Shown here piece by piece: positions 1 to 10,445 of a stretch of DNA of 50,965 nt. Numbering within the stretch: position 1 is the first letter of the stretch; each line of letters starts with the position of its first letter. A program made the position numbers and the translations under genes. Under the pieces are notes generated by a model. It did no database searches, was not told where the DNA came from, and worked only from the letters and a program-made list of their open reading frames with translations. Source of the stretch: a virus (taxonomy: Duplodnaviria; Caudoviricetes); the IMG/VR virus record IMGVR_UViG_3300033148_004150, positions 1-50,965 of that record. One strand, 5' to 3'.

Positions 1-114
1 ATTCTTTATCGAAGTGGAGCAAGTGACTGGAGATTTTATGATACTGCCGATAAGGCAAATGCAGTTGATGTTGGATATGTTGATGGTTCTAATAATTTAC
101 ATTACAATAAGCTC
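1..114. repeat. Direct terminal repeat (assembly overlap of a circular or circularly permuted genome), left copy
   Basis: 1-114 is identical to 50852-50965 and lies inside an ORF that stays in frame across the join. Confidence 0.97.
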
Positions 115-1581
115 AATGGGACTTGGGCATCAACTGCGGCTGGTATCGGAAAATATGTGGCTTATTGGATAATCGCTACAAATAATCAGGATTATCCAAT
201 TGTTGCCATTATGGGGCAACGAATTGATACAACGTTAAATAATGCAAAAGATAATAATGTATACTCTGGTCTTTCTATTGCTGGACTATATTTTCAAGAA
301 ATATCTGTTCTTGCGCGAGTTATTGTAAAAGCAACTGCCGGTGGCGTATATTATACAATTGAAGATATACAGGATCTTAGGGCTTCAGCTTCATTTGGTA
401 ATATAACAAGTCCTTTGATTTCCGATCATGGTGGACTCGCAGGCTTGGGTGATGATGACCATACTATTTACCTCTTGGCGGATGGCACAAGAGCACTTAT
501 GGGGAATTTAACCGTTGATGCCGCGGTGACTATAGATGGCCGTGATTTAAGTATTGATGGTGCAAAACTTGATGGAGTAGAAGATAATGCGGATGTGACA
601 GATGCAACGAATGTCGAAGCGGCCGGTGCGGCAATGGCAGGTGGAGCCTTCCATGATGGATTTAGTGATTTTGTGGCAGCGGAGCATGTAGATCATACTG
701 GCGTTACTTTGGCGGCGGGAAGTGGCTTGACGGGCGGTGGGGATATTTCAACTAATAGAACCTTTGCTTTGGACATTAACGGCTTAACTGGAGAGTCGGC
801 TATTGTGGCTGCTGATACGATTCCATTTTATGATGTCACAGCAAGTGACAATAGGAAAATTACGTTTGCAGAACTTGAGGCTGCACTTGGCGCTGGCGGG
901 GCCGATGAAAAAGTTAAGGTAGATGCTGCTGCTACGGCAGGTTATCTTGGGGCTGCCTCTAATGATGGTGTGTTGCGGACTAGCACGGGGCTTAGTTATG
1001 CTGATGGTGGAGATTTCGTGACATTAGGATTGTCACATCTAGGAATTGAATCCTTAACTGATCCAGGTGCCGATAAGATTATGTTTTGGGATGATAGCGA
1101 GGCGGCTATTAGATGGTTGACTGTTGGCGCGGGATTAGTTTTGTCTGGTACTGATCTTACTGGAGGTTTCGCAACAAAATGCAGAGCAACTCCTTCAGTT
1201 GAGCAGGATATTCCTACAAATGATTATGCAAAAGTTACATTGGATGTAGAAGATTATGATATAGGTGGAAATTTCGCAAATAGTACATTTACTGCCCCTG
1301 CTGATGGATATTATTTAGTAATTGTAGGTTCTAGGTTGCACCAGTATATAGCATCAGGTAAAAATTTTCAAATTGCAATTTTTGTAAATGGAGTTGTAAA
1401 AATAACAACTCTTGCTAATGCTTTTGGGACATTAGACGCGCCCTTGAGGGGGAATCTTTCTGATATTATATATTTAACTGCAACTCAAACTGTAGACTTC
1501 CGCGTGCGGCATACACATGGTTCAAATAGGAAAATATCAGCAGGAGTATATACTTATATGACAATTCATAGGTTAAGTTAA
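1..1581 (+). CDS. Tail fibre-like protein, C-terminal part, with C1q/TNF-like trimeric tip
   Basis: Frame 1 is open from base 1; DHGGLAGLGDDDH repeat, DGAKLDGVE motif, Gly/Ala/Thr-rich shaft; C-terminal YDIGGNF..STFTAPADGYY..IYLTATQTVDF resembles C1q domains. Confidence 0.8.
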   Translation: MLYRSGASDWRFYDTADKANAVDVGYVDGSNNLHYNKLNGTWASTAAGIGKYVAYWIIATNNQDYPIVAIMGQRIDTTLNNAKDNNVYSGLSIAGLYFQEISVLARVIVKATAGGVYYTIEDIQDLRASASFGNITSPLISDHGGLAGLGDDDHTIYLLADGTRALMGNLTVDAAVTIDGRDLSIDGAKLDGVEDNADVTDATNVEAAGAAMAGGAFHDGFSDFVAAEHVDHTGVTLAAGSGLTGGGDISTNRTFALDINGLTGESAIVAADTIPFYDVTASDNRKITFAELEAALGAGGADEKVKVDAAATAGYLGAASNDGVLRTSTGLSYADGGDFVTLGLSHLGIESLTDPGADKIMFWDDSEAAIRWLTVGAGLVLSGTDLTGGFATKCRATPSVEQDIPTNDYAKVTLDVEDYDIGGNFANSTFTAPADGYYLVIVGSRLHQYIASGKNFQIAIFVNGVVKITTLANAFGTLDAPLRGNLSDIIYLTATQTVDFRVRHTHGSNRKISAGVYTYMTIHRLS

Positions 1582-2856
1582 ATGTCTGGTGCCTACGTTG
1601 CAAAACCTGCTGTTGTTGTTCCGTCCCCAGAGGGTCCGCCAACTGTCGATGATGTTCCTCCGGGCTGGGACTTAGATTGGCCGTTTCCGGGAGTAACAGA
1701 TACCGAGTGGCCAGGAATAGATCCTGATCCATTCTTTCCTGCACCGCATCCGCCAGGGTACGAGCCTGATTATTCGCTTGTGATGACGGCAACTGAAGAG
1801 ATAGCGCCGGATGGCACTGCGGCAGTAACAGGTTCATTGCGAGATCACAACACCTTTGCAACTAACGAACCGACGCCTATCATCTGGACAGCAACGATTA
1901 CCAGTAGTCCAACTCGGCAAATTAATCTTCGATTTTCTGGCGATGAAGAATATGCTTCAAGTCTTTCATCGGATTGTGCTTTTGAGACGTATTGGGGCGC
2001 AACACCTAACATTGAATTTGAGCTTACAGATGAAGATGACGGTGGCACGGTAACGCTGACTGGCACGAGTTCAATTGGTGGGATAATTGTTACAGAGACA
2101 AAGGAGATTGCAATAGTAATAGAAGCAGCTATTGTGTTCTACGGCAAGGCGTATGTACCAATTGGATATGATGGTGAAGTTTCTCCTGCTGAGGGAGCTA
2201 CATTCATTGCGAGAATTGGAGATGACGAAGAAGGGTGGGTAGAAAAAGATTCTGGCATTGTGGCGGCAGATGGAAGTTGGCGTGCCGAATTGGAACCTAC
2301 TGGCGAAAATCAAGGACCACCTAGTTCCGTCTTGATAATTTTCTCTAAAGATGGTTTTGAGAAAAGTATATTTGAGGGTTTTGTTGAGATTGGCGAATAT
2401 GAACAAGATGTCACTTTCCAGCCGAAAATAACATTCACTGCTTCATTCGATTGGACGGGTGGATGGAACCCCGAAACTGATCCACTCAAAACACTTGGAA
2501 TTTTGCTTCGAGAGCCTGGTGGAGGTTCTAATTGCTTTCTTACCGTGGATAATGTAGGAAATATAACATCTTCCATTGCCAGACCACTTGAAATATCAAT
2601 TACCGAGACTAAGCCAAGTATAATAAGCACAATAGAACATTTGCACTATAGGGATTGGCAAGTAAATCTTAATAATACATTTAGTGCAGGAGAATTTTTT
2701 GTAACTGCACAATTAAATGTATATATTTGGGGTGAACTTGTTGCAACGCATAGCAAAACTCAAAGTGGAAGTGGCGGTGTAATGCGTGGTGCATCTGGTC
2801 CACCTTGGCTTTGGATAGATGAAGATTCCGGTATAGTAACTGTACTTAATCCTTAA
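1582..2856 (+). CDS. Putative virion protein with Pro-rich N-terminus and beta-sandwich/Ig-like domains
   Basis: 424-aa acidic, beta-rich ORF abutting the fibre gene. Confidence 0.55.
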   Translation: MSGAYVAKPAVVVPSPEGPPTVDDVPPGWDLDWPFPGVTDTEWPGIDPDPFFPAPHPPGYEPDYSLVMTATEEIAPDGTAAVTGSLRDHNTFATNEPTPIIWTATITSSPTRQINLRFSGDEEYASSLSSDCAFETYWGATPNIEFELTDEDDGGTVTLTGTSSIGGIIVTETKEIAIVIEAAIVFYGKAYVPIGYDGEVSPAEGATFIARIGDDEEGWVEKDSGIVAADGSWRAELEPTGENQGPPSSVLIIFSKDGFEKSIFEGFVEIGEYEQDVTFQPKITFTASFDWTGGWNPETDPLKTLGILLREPGGGSNCFLTVDNVGNITSSIARPLEISITETKPSIISTIEHLHYRDWQVNLNNTFSAGEFFVTAQLNVYIWGELVATHSKTQSGSGGVMRGASGPPWLWIDEDSGIVTVLNP

Positions 2857-2873
2857 CAAATAGGAAAAAAACA

Positions 2874-3563
2874 ATGGCACAATTTGGTGGTCCACTTTTT
2901 GGATTGACAGGGTGGCAAAGACGCCTGGGGGAAGCGCAACTTGAAAGGGAAAGAAAAGCAAAGAAAGAGAGGGAATTAGAACATCAAAGACAAATGGAAT
3001 TAGTGAATCCCCCTCCACCGGAGCTTCCGAGCGAAGCGGCTATTGGAATGCAGCGGCTTGTTGAGTCATATAATCAAGCCTATGGTGCAGCTAGGCAAGC
3101 CAACGAAGCTCGTTATCAGCAAATGCTAAGGATTGCCAGAGGTGAAACAGCACGTCAAGCTGGAGTGCAACAACGAATGCTAGGCGCTGTTGGTCAAGAA
3201 ACCGGACAACGGGCGGCTGACATTCGGGCGGCAGGTGCCAGTAGAGAAGCTGATATTATGCAGCAACTTGCTCGCCAAGGCATGGCTGGGACTACAGTAG
3301 CACCAACCATGCGAGCGGGAGTAGGCCGAGAGACAAGTGCGGAACTTAATCGCTTATCTGATTTAATGCTTCAAAGGAAATTGGGAGTTATGGGGCAAAT
3401 GGCTGCGCCTCGGCGCGGGACTGAACTTGGAATTATGGAGCGCAGGACGGATGCTTATCCTAACCTAGGGGCTTTAACAAGTGCTTTCGGGGCTGTTGGC
3501 GAAGGCTATGGTGGTCCTGGAATGTCGGCGATGTTTAGTGCTCTCAGTAAAATACGACAATAA
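2874..3563 (+). CDS. Putative internal virion/ejection protein
   Basis: Ala/Gln/Gly/Arg-rich helical composition; sits after the tail genes as podovirus ejection genes do. Confidence 0.55.
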   Translation: MAQFGGPLFGLTGWQRRLGEAQLERERKAKKERELEHQRQMELVNPPPPELPSEAAIGMQRLVESYNQAYGAARQANEARYQQMLRIARGETARQAGVQQRMLGAVGQETGQRAADIRAAGASREADIMQQLARQGMAGTTVAPTMRAGVGRETSAELNRLSDLMLQRKLGVMGQMAAPRRGTELGIMERRTDAYPNLGALTSAFGAVGEGYGGPGMSAMFSALSKIRQ

Positions 3564-3574
3564 GGAGTATTATT

Positions 3575-4810
3575 GTGCCAATCGAAGTAAGACATGGGCC
3601 ATCACCTGGCATGGAAGCTCTTGCTGGTTTAATGGGTGGCGTGGGGCGTGCTGCTATATCAGAAACAGAAGCTCGCCGTATAGGTGGACGCCAAATAGCA
3701 GCGCAAGAAGCGCAAGCAGCCAGGCAAAGAGAACAAATTGAGGCGCAGCAGGCAGCACAAGCTGCGCAGCTTGCAGCCCAACGTGCTGCGCAAATAAGAC
3801 AAATTGAGGCACAAGCTGACCGCCAAAAGGAAGCTGCCGATACTGCTTATGCTCGCACTGCCCTTGCCGCTGGATTGCAAGAGAAGATTCAGGAGCAACA
3901 GTTTGATAATCAAATGGCGAAGATGCAAGAGGCTGCACGGCTTCAGGCTCAGCAATGGGATTATCAATACACTGCCAAACAACGACAAGAAATTGCAAGA
4001 TTAAATGAAACCGATCAATTAGTAGAAACAAATCCAGAGTATGCTGATATTAGAGATCAATGGAGAATTATATCTCTTCAAAAACGAGCGGGGATTACCC
4101 CTAGAGCAATACCGGCTAATCCAAATAAACCAGTTTATCCAGAAGGCGTAGGGCCTGGGATATTAACAAAAGAACCTGATGGTTCAACAACTACAATAGA
4201 TCAATATGGACAAAAGAAATTGATTCAACGATACGATCAAAGTCCTGAATATCTTGAAAAGAAACTTCAAATGGAACTAGAAGCAAGGAAGGTAGAGTTA
4301 CAAAGGAAACATGAAGCAGAACGATTAAAGCAAGAAATTAAGTGGGCAGGAGAGAAGGTTCCTATTATGCAAGAAGCTGAAGAGGGTGGGTTCTTGGGCT
4401 GGGGGGCTCAAGAAGCTGGTCAAATTGGTGAACGGTATCGTACACCGGAGGAAGTTAAGACTTTATCGGAGTATTTCTTTGGTCCACGGCCGCCGACAAA
4501 TGCAGAACTTGAAGAAGAATTACGAAGGCGAGTAGAAGCGCGAAAACAAGCTGGAAATTCCATAGAAATACAAAAGCAAGTGGAAGATTCTAATTGGGCA
4601 GAACGTTATGAAGCAGGCGGCATAAAAGTCACAGAAGCCGACAGGCGATTGCCATCTAAAGCCGGGAAAGCACAGGCATACATTCGTCATATGATTCCTG
4701 GGAAATATAGAAGCACTGAAGAAATGCCCCCGGAAGTGCATCAGGCTTTTATGGAAGCTAGTCGAATTTTGCAAAATTATTATCAAGCTGTAGCGGAACA
4801 GGAAAGATGA
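3575..4810 (+). CDS. Putative internal virion/ejection protein (coiled coil)
   Basis: SD AAGGAG with GTG start; Gln/Ala coiled-coil runs; synteny. Confidence 0.55.
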   Translation: MPIEVRHGPSPGMEALAGLMGGVGRAAISETEARRIGGRQIAAQEAQAARQREQIEAQQAAQAAQLAAQRAAQIRQIEAQADRQKEAADTAYARTALAAGLQEKIQEQQFDNQMAKMQEAARLQAQQWDYQYTAKQRQEIARLNETDQLVETNPEYADIRDQWRIISLQKRAGITPRAIPANPNKPVYPEGVGPGILTKEPDGSTTTIDQYGQKKLIQRYDQSPEYLEKKLQMELEARKVELQRKHEAERLKQEIKWAGEKVPIMQEAEEGGFLGWGAQEAGQIGERYRTPEEVKTLSEYFFGPRPPTNAELEEELRRRVEARKQAGNSIEIQKQVEDSNWAERYEAGGIKVTEADRRLPSKAGKAQAYIRHMIPGKYRSTEEMPPEVHQAFMEASRILQNYYQAVAEQER

Positions 4811-7800
4811 TGTTTGATTCAGATCCACAGATACTTGAATTTCTTAGGGAATTTACGCCGCCCCCTAAGTTACCGGAAGTTGACAAAGATGTTCAAGCGA
4901 CAGTTCAGAAGGTGATGGAGCAATATCAGAAGCGGCTGGAAAGAAAAACTGCCGAAGAGGCTGGGGAAGCAGCGAAACAAGAAGCTGCGCGCCGGGAACT
5001 TGAGGGATCTATTCTTCCTAGCTGGAGGGCATATGGCGTTGCGGCTGGTGCTCCTATTGTTTCATCTATAGCTCGTTTAATTGGTAAGGGTGAATATGCC
5101 GATGAAGCAATTCGTGCCGCGGCGCGAATTGAACAAGCTGCACGCGAAAGAGAAAAGGGGGGTATTGTACCAGATATTCTCCAGAGTGGGGCTCGTGGCG
5201 CAGGAGCATCCCTAACGACAATGATCCCGGCCGCCACCATAGCTGGACCGTATGGTGCAATAGCTGTTGCCACTAGTCAAGAAATTAATAAATCAATTAC
5301 CGGAGGGAAAGATGCTGGTCTGAGGGGACGTGAGCTTGCTGAATATGCAATTACCCAGGGAGTATGGGAAGGTTTACCGGCTGCGGTGATGCAACGACTT
5401 GGGCTGGGTGGTGTCGAAAGTATGGTCAGCAAGAAAGCTGTTCATGCAGGATTGAAAGAGGGATTGAAAAGACTTGGAATATCGGCAGCACATGAATTGC
5501 CGGAGGAACTTACTACTTTCCTTGGGCAAAGTCTTACTGATTGGCTTTATAATGTTGAGTCACCTACTGCTGAAAGTCTAAAACAAGGTGCTGCGGAAAC
5601 GACAGTTCAAACGCTCATTACTGTGGGATTCGGTGGGGTCCCCGGTATTGCTCGTTCAATTGAAGCTGGAAAGATCATAAAAACTACACAGGAAATTCAA
5701 AATTACGCAAAAGAAGGCAAGATTCCATCTCGTAAGACTTTTAGGCGGAAATGGGGCCTTGCCCCTGAAATTGGGGGATCTCGTGCTCAGCGCCGGGCAT
5801 TTATTCGGGAAGTAGCCAAGCAAGGGGAAGCCCCTCCGGGGGGGGTGGAGCCGGAGGCGGCCGTGCCGCCTGTGGTCCCAGAAGGCCCAGAAGGCACGAT
5901 TCCGGCTCCTGTCGTTGCTGCTGAGCCGCCTGGAGCTGTCGAAGGCATAGAAACTGCCCCGAAGCCGGAAGCCGTTACGGAGGCCCCCAGGGCTGCTGAA
6001 ATGCCGCCAGAAATGCAGAAACTTGCCGAAGATGCTGGTGCCCCTCCAATTGACCCTGTAAATCCACCCGTAGAAGATCAAACAACTGCCCTCAATAAAG
6101 AGGGGGGCGCGAAAATTCGTGAATTTGTAAATCTTCCAGCGTTAAGTGACGAGGCTATTCAGACATGGGATTCTGTAATGGAGAGAGTTGCCGTAGAGAA
6201 AGCTGACGAAAAAGCTTTAGATACGGCTACGGAAGTTATGCGTATGCGCCGACAGGTTACAACTTATGAATATGGAGCAATGGCGCTAAAGGTTCATAAG
6301 CTATTAAATGATTTGGAATCTCAACAAACAAAACAAGCTAAAGCTGCCGAAGCTGGAAATAAATTCGGGCATAAAAAAGCTTCCATACAAATTGAAACCA
6401 TTACTGGACAACTTGATCTCCTGACTGAAGCAGCCAGGCATTCCAGGCGCGAAGTTGCCAGGGCTCTTTCGATTGGCCAAATGCGATTAAGTCGTGAAAG
6501 TTTTGATACTGCCGATATTATTAAGCGAATGCAAGGTGTACGGGGGCCCGGAAAAAGACTTGCCAAGAAGCAATTGGCTGAAGCCGCAAGGCGTAGTAAG
6601 CGATATGCTGATTTAGAGAAACAAGTTGCTGAGTTGCAGGAAGCAGACCGAATAAAAGATGAACAATTAGAAGCAGCCCTTGCTGGAAAAGTTCTAAAAG
6701 CGTATAAACCACGAAGAAAAATTGGCAAGGGCATTCGCGAGAGGGCAGTTGCCGAGCGAGAGGACATCAAAAAGCGCATTAGGCAAATGGGCCTACGTGT
6801 TAATGATATTACTGGTGTTACAGCAGAAGGAACTTATTTGATTGGTAGATTGGGAATTACATACATTAAAGAAGGCGCCGGTACTCTCATTGAGGTAGCG
6901 GAGCGACTTCGGGCTGATTTGCCTGATTTAAATCTTACTCAATCGGATGTAAATCAGGCGCTCATTGCGCGCAGCCCGAAGGAAGTGGCTCGTGCCAAGA
7001 GGAAGAATAATAAACAAGTTAGGCAGCTAGTGTCAATGGCAAGAATGCATGTTGAATTAGAAGGCTTAGCGAGAGGCGTTGATTTGGCGGTAAAGAGAAA
7101 AAAGGCGGAGGTTCCGGCAGAAGTTAAGGCACTCAAGAAAAAGCTCACTGAAGCGAGGCTAAGATTCTATGCATCAGATATTGAAGCTGCCAGGAAAGAG
7201 AGAGCCATAGAAACTGTTAATCGCCTACAGGATCAACTTAATAATGGTTTAACGCGAATTAAAGAAGTGCCAAAAGAAATACCGCCTGAACTTGCAAATC
7301 TTCAGGATCAAGCTAGGCAACTTAGAATAGAGATAGGAGTTGATGCTGCATTAGCAAAGGCCCGGGAGACAAGGCAGCAAATCAAGGAAGGTACATATAT
7401 CCCTCCACCTAAGAAAATTAAGAAACCCGTCAATAAGGAACTTGAACGTAAGCAGATTGAATTAGCTAAAGAACGCCGTGAAATTCGCCATATGATTGCC
7501 GATGCCGCCCCCTGGGGCGTTGTGAAAGTAGGGAAAGAAATTGCCTTTACACTAAAGGCCCTCAAGGCTACGAGTGATTTCTCTTTTGTTATGCGGCAGA
7601 ATATGTGGCAAGTATTCAGCCATCCTATCCTAGCGAAGAGAGCATTTGTGCCAGCCATGAAGGCATTCTTTTCCGAATACAGCGCCGATCAAATCAACAA
7701 TGCCATTCGGAATTCCGAGAATGGATTTTTATATGAACAAGTTGGACTTGCTGTCCTGGATGGCGAGTCACAAGATCAGGCACAGCGGTCGGAAGTATTT

Positions 7801-8763
7801 AGAGCAAGAGTAATTGAGCGGATTCCTGGAATAGGCCACATAATCCGGGCCTCTGGCCGCCATGCTGCGGCCTTTAGTAATTTAATGCGAACTAGTGCAT
7901 TCGATCAATTTGTAGATAATCATCCAGAAGCTACGCAAGAACAAATGCGAGCATTTGCTGATTATCTTAATGTCTCAACTGGACTCGGTAATCTTGGGAG
8001 GGCTGGTGCAATAGGAGATGCCTTGCAACTTGCTTTCTTCTCTCCGAAATTCGCTGTGAGTCGAATACAAACTCCCTGGGCGTTAGTGAAATACCGAAAG
8101 ATGCCCGGCGTCCGAAGTGCGATTGCTAAAGACATGGTAAAAGTTGTTTCGACTGGTATGATGGTATTATTGCTTGCTGATTTAGCTGGTTTTTTTGATG
8201 TAGAATGGTTAGATCCTGAAGATCCAGATTGGGGTAAGATTCGGATTGGCAATCATAGAATTGATATTTGGGCTGGTTTTCAACAACCGGCAAGATTGAT
8301 TGCCCGTATTGCAACTTCCCCTGCCGGGTTCAAGGAAGATGTAGAAGGTTTTTTTGGCGGTAGACCGACAGATCCATTGGAAGTTGCAGGGCGCTTTGCT
8401 GCATTTAAATTTGCGCCTATCATTTCGGTGCCAAGAGAATTATGGACACGCAGAACGGCAGTTGGCGAAAAGGTGACTCGATTGGAGACATTGGCCAAGC
8501 TCCCGATTCCAATGATAGCCGAAGATATATGGGATGCTTGGAGGGAATCTGGTATTCCAGCCGGGGCAGCCATAGCTCCCTGGGTGTTGTTAGGCGGGGG
8601 GGCAGCAACCTATGAAGATAGTGAATCTGCCACTCGCCGAAGAATTAAAAGACTTCAAAAGAGGGGAAAATTCAGTGAAGCCGAGAAACTTTTCTGGAAA
8701 TGGAACCAAGAAAATGCTAAGGATCAAATTTCCAGGAAATGGTTCTTGAGCACTAAGAAGTAG
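4807..8763 (+). CDS. Large internal virion/DNA ejection protein
   Basis: 1318-aa helical protein, last gene of the structural module; C-terminal DPEDPDWGKIRIGN..IDIW motif resembles those in large phage virion proteins. Confidence 0.65.
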   Translation: MMFDSDPQILEFLREFTPPPKLPEVDKDVQATVQKVMEQYQKRLERKTAEEAGEAAKQEAARRELEGSILPSWRAYGVAAGAPIVSSIARLIGKGEYADEAIRAAARIEQAAREREKGGIVPDILQSGARGAGASLTTMIPAATIAGPYGAIAVATSQEINKSITGGKDAGLRGRELAEYAITQGVWEGLPAAVMQRLGLGGVESMVSKKAVHAGLKEGLKRLGISAAHELPEELTTFLGQSLTDWLYNVESPTAESLKQGAAETTVQTLITVGFGGVPGIARSIEAGKIIKTTQEIQNYAKEGKIPSRKTFRRKWGLAPEIGGSRAQRRAFIREVAKQGEAPPGGVEPEAAVPPVVPEGPEGTIPAPVVAAEPPGAVEGIETAPKPEAVTEAPRAAEMPPEMQKLAEDAGAPPIDPVNPPVEDQTTALNKEGGAKIREFVNLPALSDEAIQTWDSVMERVAVEKADEKALDTATEVMRMRRQVTTYEYGAMALKVHKLLNDLESQQTKQAKAAEAGNKFGHKKASIQIETITGQLDLLTEAARHSRREVARALSIGQMRLSRESFDTADIIKRMQGVRGPGKRLAKKQLAEAARRSKRYADLEKQVAELQEADRIKDEQLEAALAGKVLKAYKPRRKIGKGIRERAVAEREDIKKRIRQMGLRVNDITGVTAEGTYLIGRLGITYIKEGAGTLIEVAERLRADLPDLNLTQSDVNQALIARSPKEVARAKRKNNKQVRQLVSMARMHVELEGLARGVDLAVKRKKAEVPAEVKALKKKLTEARLRFYASDIEAARKERAIETVNRLQDQLNNGLTRIKEVPKEIPPELANLQDQARQLRIEIGVDAALAKARETRQQIKEGTYIPPPKKIKKPVNKELERKQIELAKERREIRHMIADAAPWGVVKVGKEIAFTLKALKATSDFSFVMRQNMWQVFSHPILAKRAFVPAMKAFFSEYSADQINNAIRNSENGFLYEQVGLAVLDGESQDQAQRSEVFRARVIERIPGIGHIIRASGRHAAAFSNLMRTSAFDQFVDNHPEATQEQMRAFADYLNVSTGLGNLGRAGAIGDALQLAFFSPKFAVSRIQTPWALVKYRKMPGVRSAIAKDMVKVVSTGMMVLLLADLAGFFDVEWLDPEDPDWGKIRIGNHRIDIWAGFQQPARLIARIATSPAGFKEDVEGFFGGRPTDPLEVAGRFAAFKFAPIISVPRELWTRRTAVGEKVTRLETLAKLPIPMIAEDIWDAWRESGIPAGAAIAPWVLLGGGAATYEDSESATRRRIKRLQKRGKFSEAEKLFWKWNQENAKDQISRKWFLSTKK

Positions 8764-8855
8764 GAGAAAAATAATCATAAAGGGGCTTGTCATATCGACT
8801 GTGGCATGGTAAGATAAAGAAAATGAATTATTTTCTTGAACCTCTGGAGGATGCA

Positions 8856-9101
8856 ATGGGAATTTTGCAAGACATTAGGAATGAACGAATTGCGGCTGGT
8901 AAGCTTGTAGTTGGCAAGGGATTGCTCCGAAGCAAGACATTTTGGGTGAATACTCTTGGCGGCCTGGCGACTGTCTTGAGTGCGGCTGGTGGCATTTCCT
9001 TTTTGCCATCTTCTTTCGCCCCTTGGATTGCCGGTGGATTGGCTGTTGTGAATGTAATTCTGCGAGTTATTTCCAATAAGCCAATTGTTAGTGTAAAGTA
9101 A
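8856..9101 (+). CDS. Holin-like small membrane protein
   Basis: SD GGAGG before ATG 8856; KGLLRSKTFWVN then two hydrophobic segments and basic tail LRVISNKPI. Confidence 0.6.
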   Translation: MGILQDIRNERIAAGKLVVGKGLLRSKTFWVNTLGGLATVLSAAGGISFLPSSFAPWIAGGLAVVNVILRVISNKPIVSVK

Positions 9102-9155
9102 AGAATAAAGCGTTGCAGCTAATTATTTTTCCAGTTTCAACAAGGAGAATATGTA

Positions 9156-10133
9156 ATGAAAAAGTCGCTAGGTATTATTTTTGCTTTCTTTTTTCTTATG
9201 GGCTGCGAAAAGGAAGCTCCGCCAGAATTGCAACCTCCAGTAAAATCCCCTGGGATTGATATTGAAATTTCTCCGCCAGTTGGACCTGGGCTTGATATTG
9301 AAATTGTCCCGCGACCCGAAAAGCCGAAGCGCCCCCGATGGTCTGTTGTTGACCCAAGAAAGGCTAATTGTAGTGATTATTTGAGGTCGGCTTGCCGCGT
9401 TCGCGGTGGTGGTTCTGGCGGTTCCGGTGCTTGCTTTAAAATCGACAATGAATATGTCTATGTTCTCACATGTCGTCATGTTGTCGGGAGAACAAAAGAA
9501 TTTATTGTTGAATTTTGGCTTGACGGAAAAATTACTGGAAAATACAGGGGAGAAATTTATAAAATTCTGAAGGTTGATTCTGCCGTTATTGTTATTCCAG
9601 TTAAAGCCTTCAAGGAAAATGAACTTCCGGTTGCAATTCCAATTTCCACTATTGGCCCCAATAAGGACCAATCTTTTATGACGGTTGGCTGTCCTGGATT
9701 AAGTTGGCAAACTCTAGTCGAAGGGCATATCATTAAGATGAATCAAAATAGCGGACAGAGTTTTCAGTTTATTCCGCCCCCCAAGGGTGGACGATCTGGG
9801 TCTGCAATTTTCCAAGATGGGAAAATTGTTGGTGTTCTTTGGGGCGCAACAAAAACTGAAGGTTATGGTGTCAATAGTAAAGATTTGAATGTTCTTACGC
9901 AACCAAGTAATTTTTATTTCACGGCAAGTTGGTGTCAATACTGTCAAGAAATGAGTTCTGTAATTGAATCCCTGAAGGCAGAAGGTGTTGATATTCAAAC
10001 TGTTGATTATGACCTTAATACTGCTTTTGCTGAATTATATGAAATTAATAGCTTGCCTGCATATGTCAATGCGCAGGGCGAAACAACCTCTGGTGTGAAA
10101 ACTGCCGAGGAACTTCGGGAGTTTTATCGGTAA
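9156..10133 (+). CDS. Lipoprotein: trypsin-like serine protease fused to a thioredoxin-like domain
   Basis: Lipobox MKK..FFLMG-C; catalytic motifs LTCRHV (His), VDSA (Asp), GGRSGSA (Ser); C-terminal FTASWCQYC and INSLPAY (thioredoxin fold). Confidence 0.85.
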   Translation: MKKSLGIIFAFFFLMGCEKEAPPELQPPVKSPGIDIEISPPVGPGLDIEIVPRPEKPKRPRWSVVDPRKANCSDYLRSACRVRGGGSGGSGACFKIDNEYVYVLTCRHVVGRTKEFIVEFWLDGKITGKYRGEIYKILKVDSAVIVIPVKAFKENELPVAIPISTIGPNKDQSFMTVGCPGLSWQTLVEGHIIKMNQNSGQSFQFIPPPKGGRSGSAIFQDGKIVGVLWGATKTEGYGVNSKDLNVLTQPSNFYFTASWCQYCQEMSSVIESLKAEGVDIQTVDYDLNTAFAELYEINSLPAYVNAQGETTSGVKTAEELREFYR

Positions 10134-10369
10134 TGTATATTCCGGCTTATGGCACACTTCTGGGAGTTTCAATGTTTCTGGTGGCTGATGCGCCAGTGGA
10201 TCTCCCCACTATCACTCCCCAGATGCTCCAGGGCGGCGCTCTGGCGATCCTCGGCGGGACAGTTTTCTATTTACTCACCAAGACCTTCCCTGCTTTCCTG
10301 AGAGCCCTGAAGGATCAGAGAGATGCCTTTTTGGCGCATCTCAATGAACGAGATCGCCGCGCAGATTAA
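10133..10369 (+). CDS. Holin-like small membrane protein
   Basis: 78 aa, hydrophobic segments and charged C-terminus; coupled to the protease gene and followed by a terminator. Confidence 0.5.
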   Translation: MYIPAYGTLLGVSMFLVADAPVDLPTITPQMLQGGALAILGGTVFYLLTKTFPAFLRALKDQRDAFLAHLNERDRRAD

Positions 10370-10399
10370 CAGCCATTTTTACTGCGCCTTCTTTCCATT

Positions 10400-10427
10400 G
10401 AGCCGTCCACTGGGGCGGCTTTTTCTT
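10400..10427 (+). terminator. Intrinsic terminator ending the late/lysis transcript
   Basis: GC-rich hairpin AGCCGTCC..GGGCGGCT followed by TTTTCTT. Confidence 0.8.
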
Positions 10428-10445
10428 GAATATCCGGTTTTTCGA

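Noticed and set aside
1-114. Biological terminal repeat
   Set aside because: It falls mid-gene with the frame preserved, which is typical of an assembler overlap on a circular contig.
4807-8763. Tape measure protein or alternative genetic code
   Set aside because: No tail tube or chaperone genes accompany it, and standard-code ORFs tile the genome densely, so recoding is not needed.
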